Shown: positions 1 to 11,000 of the stretch, in pieces
Position numbering within the stretch: position 1 is the first letter of the stretch
How the letters are laid out: each line of letters opens with the position of its first letter
Program-made: the position numbers and the translations under genes
Notes under the pieces: model-generated
What the model was told of the DNA's origin: nothing
Seen by the model: the letters and a program-made list of their open reading frames with translations, nothing else
The model's database searches: none
NCBI GenBank assembly: GCA_031414955.1
Contig: JANOQV010000051.1
Span: 1-38,992, forward strand
From: Pedosphaera sp.
GTDB taxonomy: Bacteria > Verrucomicrobiota > Verrucomicrobiia > Limisphaerales > SIBH01
Direction: 5' to 3'
DNA: 38,992 nucleotides

Positions 1-55
1 AGGCCCACTCCTCGTCGCTCACATCACTCGGATAACTCGCTCGTGCTTTCGCCAT
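1..55 (-). CDS. IS5-family transposase, N-terminal fragment (partial, runs off window)
   Basis: Reverse complement of 55..2 reads ATG GCG AAA GCA CGA GCG AGT TAT CCG AGT GAT GTG AGC GAC GAG GAG TGG GCC = MAKARASYPSDVSDEEWA, the YPSD(L/V)(S/T)DxEW start of IS5/DUF4096 transposases. It is not in the ORF track. Confidence 0.8.
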   Translation of the reverse strand, partial: MAKARASYPSDVSDEEWA

Positions 56-113
56 CCCGAGCTTGATGCACGTAAGTGCCCTGTTCGTACAGCTTTATTT
101 TTCACACGCCCGC
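1..113 (-). mobile_element. Left end of an IS5-family insertion sequence (truncated by window edge)
   Basis: Transposase N-terminus lies at 55->1. The candidate terminal repeat GCGGGCGTGTGAAAA (minus strand, 113-99) is preceded by TAA (116-114), resembling IS1031-group ends and TWA targets. The exact boundary is uncertain. Confidence 0.6.
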
Positions 114-223
114 TTAGGCAAAGTGCATGACAGGCTCTAGCCACGCCGTTCACGAAAACACCAAGGCGTACTTCAAGCCCGGCTGAAGGTCCGACTCCAA
201 CCGTCCGCGCGCCGAGGTCAGGA

Positions 224-1039
224 TTATTTCGCCGGTTTGAGGTATTCCTGCTCCGGCTTGGCGCAGGCCCAGACCAGGCTGCGGGCGAGCAGATCAAGAT
301 ACCTCACATCACTCACGGTGTTGTTGTTGTGGCCGAGGGTGGTGCTGACGACGCGGGCCTGGCCGTATTGATTGGCCCAAACCACGACCGTCTCCACATC
401 ATTGGTCGAGCCGTCTTTTTGCCGCTGGGGCTGCTTGCCTCGGGCCAGTGGGGTGGCGGTCGGGAAAATCTGGATGTTGTTGTAAAGTTCCTCGTTCGTC
501 GTGCTCCAGTCCGCCAGGCCCTTGGTGATGGGATGAGCCTGGTCCACGAAGTGAACGGCGATCGGTTTCTGCCAGTTGTGGCTGCTGGACTGGAGGCCGA
601 GGTAATCAAACCACGCGGAGCGTTCCGAACCGGCTTCCGCTTTCTGGCCCGGGTTACCGATGCGATAGCTGTGCATGGCGCAATGCAGGTTGAGGCCGGG
701 CAGGCCGGCTCGATGCGGAGCGAGCACTCCGGCGATGATCTTGGGATCGTTCACGTCGGCGGAGCACTCGTCGTGGATGACGATGTCGTAGCCCTTCGCG
801 TAATCCGAATTGCCCAGGATGGCGAGCGGCGGCTTGGTGGACTTGTCGTCGGTGTGAACCTGGTCCACCACCACGTAAGCCCGTTCTTCGAGGCCCTGCT
901 TGAGAATATCCTTCTGCTTGGCGTAGTCGTGGCAGCAGCCGCCGGTGATGAGCAGGGCGCGCAAGGGTTTCGGTTCCGCGCCGAGGGCTGGAAGGGCGAG
1001 CAAGGCTGCACAAACGATCAAGGTCTGGTGAATTCGCAT
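224..1039 (-). CDS. ThuA (trehalose utilisation)-like domain protein, secreted
   Basis: Signal peptide MRIHQTLIVCAALLALPALGA; motifs LLITGGCCHDY, LHCAMHSYR, EELYN, GRVVSTTLGH-like. Start moved to ATG 1039. Confidence 0.8.
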   Translation of the reverse strand: MRIHQTLIVCAALLALPALGAEPKPLRALLITGGCCHDYAKQKDILKQGLEERAYVVVDQVHTDDKSTKPPLAILGNSDYAKGYDIVIHDECSADVNDPKIIAGVLAPHRAGLPGLNLHCAMHSYRIGNPGQKAEAGSERSAWFDYLGLQSSSHNWQKPIAVHFVDQAHPITKGLADWSTTNEELYNNIQIFPTATPLARGKQPQRQKDGSTNDVETVVVWANQYGQARVVSTTLGHNNNTVSDVRYLDLLARSLVWACAKPEQEYLKPAK

Positions 1040-1097
1040 AAGTAAACTTGCCGGATTCGCGGCGTGCTTGTCGAGCCTTCGGAGCGCCAAGCAGCGA

Positions 1098-3518
1098 TCA
1101 CTTGCCTCCGCGCGAGACAGGCTTCGTCTTCACCTCGGTCAGCAGGCGCTCGCCATCGCCACGGCGCATCTGGAACGGCGCGCTTTCCACCACCCCGTAG
1201 ATCAAAGTGCGCGCCCGGCTGCCATCACGTTCAAGCTGTCCGGCGATTTTCTCGATGGTCGGCCCGTCGTAATACTCCACGCCCCGCCCCAGGGCGTAGG
1301 TCAGCAGTTTCTCGGTGGCGCAACGCAGGAAATCCCGGCGCCGCGAGGTGGTGAGGATTTGCGCCAGTTGGGTCGTGTTGGTGAATTTCTCGCCGGTGAT
1401 CATCTGGCCGGCCGTGTCAATCGGCTTGCCGAGGTCTTGGGTGCGGAATTGTCCAAGGGCGTTGAAATTTTCGAGCGCCAGCCCGATGGGATCCATGCGC
1501 GCGTGGCACGAGGCGCAGAGCGGTTTCTCGCGGTGAATCTCCATGGTCTCGCGCATGGTGAGGCCACCGCCGGCTTTCTGCCGGATTGCTTCCAGCGTGG
1601 GCACATTGGGCGGCGCGGGCGGGGCCGGGGTGCCGAGCAGGTTGTCGAGCACGAACAGGCCGCGTTTCACCGGCGAGGTGCGGGTGGGATTCGAGGTGAC
1701 GAGCAGCAGGCTGCCGTGGGTAAGGACGCTGCCGCGCGGAGAATCCTTGGGCAGCGTGACCTTGCGCATGTCCGTGCCTTTCACTCCGGGGATGCCGTAG
1801 AAGTTCGCCAGCGCTTCGTTGAGGAAGGTGTAGTCGGATTTGAGCAGTTCCGTCAGCGGCCGGTTCTCCCGCACCAGATGGCCGAACAGCATCTCGGTTT
1901 CCTGCCGCATGGCGCGTCGCACGCGGCCGTTAAAAACCTTGTTGGCCGCCTCGTCATCACGGATGCGCAAGATGCGCCGGGCGTCGATGCTCACCGTCTC
2001 CACATCGCGCGTTTGCAGCCACTGGCCGGCGAAGTTGCGCACGAAACGGCGGCCCTTGTCGTCCTTCAACATGCGATCCACCTGGGCGCGCAAGTTGGCG
2101 CGCAGCTTGTTGTCGCGGGCCAGCGTGAGCAGTTCGTCGTCCGGCAGAGAGCTCCACAGGAAGTACGAAAGGCGTGAGGCCAGCGCAAACTCGTCCACGC
2201 GCACGACCTGGCCGGGGTTGTCCGGCTCCGGCTGAATCTCGGCGCGGAAGAGAAAGCGCGGTGAGGCCAGCACCGCCGTCAAAGCCTGGCCGATGCCCGC
2301 CTCGAAAGATCCACCCGGCGCCTTGTTCACGGTCAGGGCTATCGTGACCAGTTTGTCCAGGGTCTCTTCATCCACATTTCGGCGGAAGGCTCGCACGGCG
2401 TAGTAGCGGAGAATCTTCCTGGCGTATTCCCGGCGGGCGGTGGTCTCCTTGGGCGGCGGGCCGTCCTTGAACACGCGGAAATATTCCTTGGGCCGCTCCA
2501 GGTAGCTGCCGTCGAGCGGGCCGTTCAGCTTCACGTTTTCGATGCTCGCGTGCAGACGATTCTCACCCGTCGCCGGTTCCCGCTTTGGAATGATTTCGAG
2601 CGCGAACGTGTGGTTGCCTTTCGCCAACGCCGCCTTGTCCGAGATGGTCACCGACTTGTTCGCGTCCCAGCCGAGATCCCGCCGCTCGATCTCCTTCCCG
2701 TCCACCTTGAGCACGGCGGTGGCGGCGTGGACGGTGGCTTCCTTTGATCCCTCGACGGAGATTTCCATCGAGATTTTATAGGGTCCAGGGTGCTTGATGT
2801 CGTAAGCAGTCTGCACCGAGTTTGCTTCGCTGAAATCGAGGTTCTTTGCGGACAGCTTGGGCTTGGCTTTGTCGCGCATTTGATCTCCGCCAAGGGACAG
2901 CGTCGGGATGCGCGCCTCGCCCGTGTTCACGACCTTGTCGGAAATCTCCCGTGCCGCATCGAGATACTTCTCCATCAGAATGGGCGAAATGGTCAGCGCA
3001 TCGCCGATGTTGTCGAAGCCGTAGCCGCTGTCGTCGGCGGGAAAAGCCTCCGCCGTGTCGAACTCCACGCCGAAGAGATCAAGGATGGTGTTGCGATACT
3101 CCTCGCGGTTCAGCCGGCGGATGGTGACGCGTCCCGGATCAGGATTTTCCGGGTCCAGCTTGAACACCTCGCGTTCGATCCATTTCTTGATCAGATTCCG
3201 CTCGGCCTCGGTCGGCTGCGCCTTGCGATCCGGTGGCATCATCTGCGTCTCCAGATTCTGCCAGACCGCGAGCCAGAGTTTGTGGTTCGCAACGTGCGCG
3301 GTGAGGTTTGTATATTCGTCGAAGGCGACCTCGCCTTTCTTGGCGTCTTTGTCGTGGCAGTCGAAGCAGTACGTCTTCAACAGCGGTTCCACGCGGGAGG
3401 TGTAATCCTGCGTCGCGGCGAATGCGGGGAGCCAGGCCGCCGCCAACAGAGCCGTGACCAGCTTCAGTTTCCTTCCCGACCTTGATCCAACTCGTGGATG
3501 ATGATTGTTCAGCAACAT
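1098..3518 (-). CDS. DUF1592/DUF1587/DUF1588/DUF1585/DUF1595 planctomycete-type cytochrome c domain protein
   Basis: Signal peptide, CFDCH, MPP, RRLNREEYRNTI, LASPRFLFR, LASRLSYFLWSSLPDDELL, TSPVKRG, CASCH...DPIGLALENF, LLTYALGR. Confidence 0.92.
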   Translation of the reverse strand: MLLNNHHPRVGSRSGRKLKLVTALLAAAWLPAFAATQDYTSRVEPLLKTYCFDCHDKDAKKGEVAFDEYTNLTAHVANHKLWLAVWQNLETQMMPPDRKAQPTEAERNLIKKWIEREVFKLDPENPDPGRVTIRRLNREEYRNTILDLFGVEFDTAEAFPADDSGYGFDNIGDALTISPILMEKYLDAAREISDKVVNTGEARIPTLSLGGDQMRDKAKPKLSAKNLDFSEANSVQTAYDIKHPGPYKISMEISVEGSKEATVHAATAVLKVDGKEIERRDLGWDANKSVTISDKAALAKGNHTFALEIIPKREPATGENRLHASIENVKLNGPLDGSYLERPKEYFRVFKDGPPPKETTARREYARKILRYYAVRAFRRNVDEETLDKLVTIALTVNKAPGGSFEAGIGQALTAVLASPRFLFRAEIQPEPDNPGQVVRVDEFALASRLSYFLWSSLPDDELLTLARDNKLRANLRAQVDRMLKDDKGRRFVRNFAGQWLQTRDVETVSIDARRILRIRDDEAANKVFNGRVRRAMRQETEMLFGHLVRENRPLTELLKSDYTFLNEALANFYGIPGVKGTDMRKVTLPKDSPRGSVLTHGSLLLVTSNPTRTSPVKRGLFVLDNLLGTPAPPAPPNVPTLEAIRQKAGGGLTMRETMEIHREKPLCASCHARMDPIGLALENFNALGQFRTQDLGKPIDTAGQMITGEKFTNTTQLAQILTTSRRRDFLRCATEKLLTYALGRGVEYYDGPTIEKIAGQLERDGSRARTLIYGVVESAPFQMRRGDGERLLTEVKTKPVSRGGK

Positions 3519-3573
3519 TCGATTCGAGGCTTTCTGACGCGATGCTGCCGGGCAGGATTCACCACAACTCGGA

Positions 3574-3609
3574 ATGGAGGAGCGCGGACCGCCGAGTCCG
3601 CGCTTCCAT
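3574..3609. repeat. REP-like GC-rich palindrome
   Basis: ATGGAGGAGCGCGGAC-CGCCGA-GTCCGCGCTTCCAT imperfect stem-loop; shares the GGAGCGCGG head with the palindrome at 23124. Confidence 0.5.
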
Positions 3610-3780
3610 CTCCGTCACGGCCCCGTGATCGTGAAGGCGGCCCAGCAGCAGGGCCGGGAAAAATCCTTTGCGCGCAGCCGCAAGGCTGGGTGGGTGTTCT
3701 GCGCCGTGTCGGCACGTCGCCCTCCGGGACAGAAGTAATAATTTCCATCCCACAGTTCTTCATCTAGTTTCACGCCGTTG

Positions 3781-4035
3781 ATGAAACCGGAAAAAATACG
3801 TTTGTTCGTGAAGCCGTTCTGCGGCTGGTGCCAGGAGGTCAAGGAGTGGCTGGCCGACCACGAACTCCATTACGAGGAACTGGATGTGATCGCGGACCGC
3901 GCCTCCTACCGCGAAATGGTGGAGCTGTCCGGCCAGACGCTGGCCCCGGTCATCGACATCGATGGCGAAATACTGGCTGATTTCGACACCGACGAGTTGG
4001 AAGTTTTTTGGAGGAAGCTGGAGGCGACAGGTTAA
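3781..4035 (+). CDS. Glutaredoxin family protein
   Basis: 84 aa; CGWC motif, SGQTLAPVI (cis-Pro segment), ADFD. Confidence 0.88.
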   Translation: MKPEKIRLFVKPFCGWCQEVKEWLADHELHYEELDVIADRASYREMVELSGQTLAPVIDIDGEILADFDTDELEVFWRKLEATG

Positions 4036-4122
4036 GGAAGGTGGCGAGTTTCAAGAGCCGCGTGGATGGCGGAGACGACTTGCCACCCTTAGCCCGACGC
4101 CCGCAACTTTGAACCTCATTTG

Positions 4123-5028
4123 ATGACGACAACTGTTGAACCTCTGAGCCAGCCTCGCCCGCGCCTGCCGGAATGGCTGCGGCTCCGGCTCCCGACCGAG
4201 AACACTTTCGCCAAAACGCGCAACCTGCTCGACGACCTGCGCCTGCACACAGTCTGCGAAAGCGCGAAGTGCCCGAACCACTGGGAGTGTTGGAGCAAGG
4301 GCACGGCGACCTTCATGATCGCAGGTGATCGCTGCACGCGGGCCTGCGGCTTTTGCGCGGTCAGCACGGCCAAGCCTTTCGATCTGGAAAAGGATGAGCC
4401 GCAGCGGGTGGCCGAAGCGACGCGGCGGATGAACTTGAAGCATGTCGTCATCACCGCCGTGGCCCGGGATGATTTGGCGGATGGCGGTGCGGAGCATTTC
4501 CGCCAGACCATCGAGGCCACGCGGGCCTTGAATCCCGGCATCGTGATCGAAGTGCTGGTGCCGGATTTTTTGGAGAAGGATGCCTCGCTCGAGGCCGTGC
4601 TGTCGGCCGCGCCGGAAATTTTCAACCACAACCTGGAAACGGTGCGCCGCCTCACGCCCTCGGTCCGGTCGCGGGCCACGTATGACCGCTCGCTCTCGGT
4701 GCTGCGCAAGGTGAAGGAAATGCGCGGGGACCGCGTGTTCACCAAGTCGGGTTTGATGCTCGGGTTGGGCGAGACCGAGGACGAGTTGCTTACCGCCTTG
4801 CGGGATCTGCGCGAATCCCACTGCGACATCCTCACCCTGGGCCAGTATCTCCAGCCGACCCTGAAACACTTGCCGGTGGTCGAGTTCGTTCGCCCGGAGA
4901 AGTTCGTTGAATACAAAGCGCGGGCGGAGGCCATGGGTTTCGTGCATGTGGCCAGCGGCCCGATGGTGCGCAGCTCCTACCACGCGGAAGAGTTCTCCTC
5001 GCCTTTGCGCCCGCCGCCCGGCATTTAG
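4123..5028 (+). CDS. lipA: Lipoyl synthase
   Basis: CESAKCPNHWEC (auxiliary cluster), CTRACGFC (radical SAM), HNLETV, GQYLQP, RSSYHA. Confidence 0.97.
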   Translation: MTTTVEPLSQPRPRLPEWLRLRLPTENTFAKTRNLLDDLRLHTVCESAKCPNHWECWSKGTATFMIAGDRCTRACGFCAVSTAKPFDLEKDEPQRVAEATRRMNLKHVVITAVARDDLADGGAEHFRQTIEATRALNPGIVIEVLVPDFLEKDASLEAVLSAAPEIFNHNLETVRRLTPSVRSRATYDRSLSVLRKVKEMRGDRVFTKSGLMLGLGETEDELLTALRDLRESHCDILTLGQYLQPTLKHLPVVEFVRPEKFVEYKARAEAMGFVHVASGPMVRSSYHAEEFSSPLRPPPGI

Positions 5029-8000
5029 GGCACGATCCGCACTCGGAAGAATTGCTCGTCCCCCGGCGTGAGGGTGAAGTCAAGCAGTCCGCCGTCGCCG
5101 GTCAACACCGGGGAAACCGGCGACCACCCGTCGGAGACCGTCGCGCTGCCTTCCACCACGTATTGCGATCCGTTCAAGGTCGGGAACTGCATGGTCACCT
5201 CCTGGCCGGAGCGAAGAATGCGCGTGAGGCTCAGATGAATCAGCGCGGCCGGACTGCTTTGGCCCGCGCGGCCCAGTTCATCCACGGCGCGCAAGACGAG
5301 TTCGTTGGCGGCCGTATCGATGAGTACGCTGCCCGCCCAGACGCCATTGATGAAATTCCCCAGCAGTGGCGGCGTGACGGTGAGTGCGCGTTCGAGGCCC
5401 AGGCGGAGGCGCGGCACGCGTGCGGTGAGAGCACCACCGGCCGGACTCACGCCCGACCAGTCCAAGGGGCGGCCAAAGGCGCTGTCGGTCCGCAGGGAGA
5501 GCGAGCGCAACGCCGTGGTGGCAGTCGAGCGACACAGGGCGTCGGCGGAGAAGGAGGAATTGTCGAAGCTGAAATCGACCATGAGCGAATCGCGGCCGTT
5601 GTAGGCGAAGGGCGTGGGGAAGGTGAACGTGACCCAGCCGGTGGAAATGATCGAGAGCGCCTGCTGGAAGTTCGTGACCCAGCCGGAGCTTTCCCAAAGC
5701 GCAACATTATAGCGGTCGCCGGTGAAGTGCCGCAGGCGAATGGTCCAGTTGCTCAGGGTCTGGACGGGCGCTTGCGTCAGATCGAGCGCAATGGAGGCGA
5801 TGCGTCCGGTGGCTCCGATCTCCGCCGCCGGATAAATCGCCTGGAGCCGGGCGTCGTGAAAGGCCGCCGCGAGGGGGAAGTTCCACGTCGTGAGGTTGGT
5901 GGTGGTGGTGGTGGTGGTGATGAGCCGAGGTGTTTCGGCGGCGAACAGGCTGACCGGCCCGTTGAAACCGGTGGCCACCGCCCCGCCCCCGTCGCGCGCG
6001 GTGATGCTCACCAGCATCGGCCGGCCGGCATAATTCGTCGCCGGCAGCGGACTGAAGGAGAACTGGCCGAGCGGGTCGATGTCGTTGTCCGTGAGGGTGC
6101 AGACGCCCTGTCCGTCCGCGATGCTGGCACTGCCTGCGCTGGTGATGGTCACGGAGAAAGTCTTGGCCGGCTCCTGGATCTGGTCGCCCAGCACCGGCAC
6201 GATCACTGTTTGATTGGTCACGCCGGGCGGAAAGGTGAGGGTGCCGTAGCCTTCCAGATAGTCCAAGCCGGCCAGGGCGGTGCCGTTCGCCGTGACGTAA
6301 TTCGCCGTCACGCTGCGCCCGCTCACGGCCGAGAGCCGCACGCTGAAGGTCGCATTGGTGGTTTCCCCGTCGCGCTCGGTGACGGCGGCGTCGCTGATGA
6401 AAAGCTGGGGCAGGGGATCGTTGTCGGAGATGGTCCCGGTGGCGGTGGAACGAAAGATGTCCGCGTTGGTGGCGTCGAACAGGTTGATGAAGAGAGTCTC
6501 GTTCGCCTCGTTGAGCACATCCCCCAGAATCGCCACGGCCACGGTGGCGCTGGTCGCACCCGGCGGGATGAAGGCGAGGCCGTTCGTCGCCACGTAATCC
6601 AAGCCCGCGAGCGCCACGCCATCGCTGGTGGCCCAGGCCACGCTGGTGGTGAGCGCGTGGGGCGCGGAGAGGCGCAGGCTGAAGGTCATGGTCACGGCGC
6701 TGGTATTGCCCTCTGAATTGGTCGCGCTGAAAATTGAGATCTGCGGGAACACCACCGCCGTCCGCTGGGTCAACGAGTTGTTCTGGGGATAGGGATCTCC
6801 GGTCAACCGTGTCACGGTGGCGATGTTAGTCAGGGAACCGCGCAGGCTGGCGGTCGAGATCACGCTCACCTCGGCATTCGTCCCCAGGACGATGGTGCCC
6901 AGTTCGCAAACCAGCAGGCCGTTCGAGAAAACGCAGTCTCCCTGCGAGGTCGTGGCCGCGACGAAGGCCGCGGCGGGCGCGAGTTGGTCGGTCAGTCTCA
7001 CCCCGGCCGCGTCGGAAGGGCCGGTGTTCGTGATGGTGAAACGGTTCGTGATGTTCTGGTTGATCAGCACGGAATCAGGCGCGGAGCCGGAGAGCGCGAG
7101 GTCGTCCGCCGCCGTCACATCCATCAGATCGGCCAGGCCGCCGTGCCCGTATGCATCGCTGGCGCCGAGTCTCAAGGCCCAGGCTGGCTCCAACACGGTC
7201 ACGGTTGAGGTCGAGGTGCCATGCAGGAAAGCAGACCACGGAGCCACCGTCATGGCGAGGGACACGCGGTTCGTGAAGGGGGCCACAAGCCCGGGATTAT
7301 TGGTCAGGATGGTGCGCGGCGCGATGGCCCAGTCGTTCGTGGAATTGTAATCGTGATTGCCCGAGCGTTGGTAGGTCCGCGCCGGGTTGATATTCACACC
7401 GAGAGGCGGGCTGGTCCACTCCGGGGCAGGCACCGGGGCCGGAGCGGTGATCTGGGCCGGATCCGCTCCCGCTGCGCAGAAGAAGTCCACCACATTGCCC
7501 GCGCCGTCCCGCAGCACCACGGCGACCTGGTTATTCTGCGCGTTGAAGTTCCACCCGAGGTTGGTCCCGGTGGCATAGGTCGGATACTGGCCGGGGAAAA
7601 ACTGGAAGGGCAGCCCGCGCAGCGAGAACAAATCGTTGCTGCCCACCAGGCCCGGGGCCGGCACGGTGTAAACGACGGTGGGGTTCGGCCAGCGCACTCC
7701 GTCGTAGAGCGCAATTTGCCACCCGGTGATGTTGATGGGGCGGCCGGAGACGTTCACAAACTCGACCCGCGCGAACGACGAGGGATCAATCTCCGTGATG
7801 ACGATGGTGGCGGTGTCCTTGACTGGGGCGCTGTTGGTCAGCGTGAGCTGGCCGGTGTAATTGGTCACGATGACTCCATAATGATCCTGGGCCGTGATCA
7901 CGACCGGGAAGGGCTGGTTCATGAACTGTGTCGTGCCGATGGGATCGAAGCGCAGGCCAAAGGAAACGGTGGTGAACTGCCAGACCGGGCTGGCCACGTC

Positions 8001-11000
8001 GGGGAAGGGCGCCAGTCGCGACACCACCTGCCAGTAGTGAGTGGTCTCCGGGTCCAGTTCTCGCGCCAGGTAAACTTCGTGGTTGAAGGTGCTGGCGATG
8101 AGATCGCCCGGCGTCAGGATCGCATTGGTGCTGAAGTAAATTTCGTAAAGCGTCTGGGGCGGCGCATGCGGATCGGGTTCCCAAGTCAGCGGCAGGTCGC
8201 GTTGCACGCCGGTGGATTGATCCTCCGGGATGGGGTTGGAGACCTCGAAGGGGCGTTCATCATCGACCACATCCAGCGAGCCGGTGGCGTTGAGGAAGCC
8301 GAGGGCGCTGGCAAAAATCCTGATGATACTGGGACCGCCGATGATCGCGTTGTCGCCGATTAGCAGGTTGAACAGCACGTTGGATTGCCCGGCCGAATTG
8401 GTCACGAAAGCGGGCACGCCGATCAAGCCAGGCACCTCGGATTGGAGGGCGATGACCACGTTCGATACGCTCAGTCCCCCGAGGGAAACCCGGCCCAAGT
8501 TGGTCAGCGTCCCATCGCCCTCGGTCACGAAGGCGGGCAGGGTTAGGCTCAGGGCGCGGCTTTCATTGTCACTCACTCGGATCAGGTCGAGGTCGCCGGA
8601 CCAGTTGGAAACCGACGCCTCGATGATCACGTTCTCCGTGCCATCGAGGAGATTGTTGTCCACCAGCACCAGGTTGAAGGAGGCCGAGCTTTGGCCGGCG
8701 GGGATGATGACGGCGGATGGTACCGCCACCCGGTTGGGATTCACCGAGTGGAGCGAGACCAGCAAGGGGCGCACGGCTTGCACGCTCGAAGTCACCGTGC
8801 CGGCCCCGGCCAGCACCGTGCCCTCGGTGCCGTTGGCCGCGAGGTTGATGGTGAGCGAAGCCGACTGCGCGTCATCCACCAAGAGCGAGGCCGTGGCGGG
8901 AGGACGATCCGGAAACGCGGCGGTGATGGTGGCCGGTTGCGTGCCGTCGGCCGTGAAGTCATCGATGGCATCGATTGGAAACTGAACGGAGCTCTGCCCG
9001 GTCAGGAGCAGCAGTTCGGCGGGCACGGTCAGCTCGTTCGGGTCGCTTGATGAGAGCGTGACGATCAAGTCGTTGGTCAGCGGTGAGCCGAGCAGCAAGG
9101 TGGCCTGCAACGATCCGTCACCCTCCGTGGCCCGCGCTGGCACCACCAGCGTGGCCAGCGGAAAGCACCCGCTGGCCGCGCTCAAATCGCTGCGGATGTA
9201 ATCGCCGGGAAAACCCCCGCCCCGCGACATCCCGGAAATGATCTGCTGCCCGTTCGTGGCCTCGATGCGCAGCCACGTCATCCGAACGGCCCCGTCGTAG
9301 AAAAGCTCGATCTGGGCCTCGTTCGAATTGGTGGTGCCAAACTCGGGAACATTTTCGTAGCTGACCACGAATCGATCCGCGAGTTGCCGGTAGGAAATCG
9401 TGCCGCCGGTGGCCGGATTCAAATCCACGTAGAGTGCCGCCGCCCGTCCGGCGTTGAAATACTCGCTCAAGCCGGGAGTGAAGAAATTGGTCAGCGCGCC
9501 TGGATCGAAGCTCAGGTTGCCGTTCGCGCCGATCCAGAGCGCGTTCGTGGGCGTGCCGAAGAGCGATACGGTGCGGCCGTTGGTCAGCGCGACTTGTTGG
9601 TATTCATCATCGGCCAGGCTGAGGAGCGTGCCGCCGGCGGGATCGACCGGAAACTGGGTGGCTGGCTCGCGGCAGGCCCGGTAGAAATTGGTCGAGAGGT
9701 CGGGCGTGAAACTGATCGTGCTGTAGGCCAGATCGAAGGTGTTGAGGTTGAAATCCTCGGTCAAATAATCGGCGGCCGAGATGCGGAGCGACACGCCCAG
9801 GTCCGTTTGTCCGCCGGTATTGGTATTGATGAAGCTGAGCGTGCCGTAGCTGTAGCCGGTCGTCAGGCTGTTGGCGTTGAAGTTCACGCTCACCGTGATG
9901 TTGGTCAGCGCCGCGTCGGGAGAGAGCACTCCGTTCGTGGCGGAGAGCGTGAGCCACTTGACACTGCTGGCGGCCCGCCAGCCAATCGGGTCGAGTCCGG
10001 TGTTGGCCAGGGTGTAATTCTGTTGCGCCGGGCTGAAGGGTCCGCCCGGCAATCCCTGGAGGAAGAGCGTCGTGGCCGGTGTGATTTCGAGCGTATCCGG
10101 ATCGGGGTCGCCCGATAACACGTTCAGCGTCACCAACGTGCTGATGACCTGGGTGCGAGCCAGGTTGGTGTATGAAACCACGGCCTGGCGCACGCCCGCC
10201 GACAGGGTCGTGGCGCTGCTGGAGAGGAAAACATTGTTGGTCTGCAAACCGCCGGGCGTGATCACGCCATTGCTTTCCGAAAGTTGCAGCCACGACTGCG
10301 AGACGCCCGCGCCCCAGGCCAGGTTCGTCGCGGAGAGGTTGACCAGCAGGTTCGTCCATCCCGCCGGGGTGAATGGACCGCCGACAGGCCCGGTGAGGGT
10401 AATGGTCGAGAGCCGCGGCAAGACATCAAACTCCGGCTGTGCCGGCGTGTCGTAGGCCTCGATGATGCCGAAGGTGGTGGTGCTGTCCGGGCCGAGGGCG
10501 CTCTTGCCCAGCCCGCGCCGGGCAAAGGCGGCCCAGACTTCATTCGTGTCGTTGCCGCTGCCGGGCGTGTTGCGCACCGCCGCCAGGATGCTGTCGCGGG
10601 CCTGGACGAAACTGGGATTGGGCGGCGTAAACTGCAGGCCCAGGGTGATGTAGCCGAGCACCTTCATGTTCGCGTTGGTGTAATCCGCTCCGTTGGTCGG
10701 CGCGTATTTGCCCAACAGATTGGCCCGCATGTCCCACAGCATCGAACACCACACTTCGCCCTGCCGGTGAACCTCGCTCGCCCCGCTCGTGACAATGGGG
10801 CTGCGCGGAACACCGGGGTGGGACGAGGCCTGGTTCGGGTCGATGTCTTTGAAGGTCAGCGGGTCGAAGTTCAGGTTCGTCGAGTACGGATAGCGCCGGA
10901 TGCCGTAATAATAATTCTGGGTCAAGCCGTTGAACAGGTAGGTGATGTAACCGCCCATGGCGTAATTGCCCCCGAGGTCATCCTCGAGTTGGGCCAGCAG

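Noticed and set aside
4040..4088. Inverted repeat GGTGGCGAGT...ACTTGCCACC between glutaredoxin and lipA
   Set aside because: The stem is imperfect with a long loop and no U tract, and cannot be told apart from chance in GC-rich DNA.
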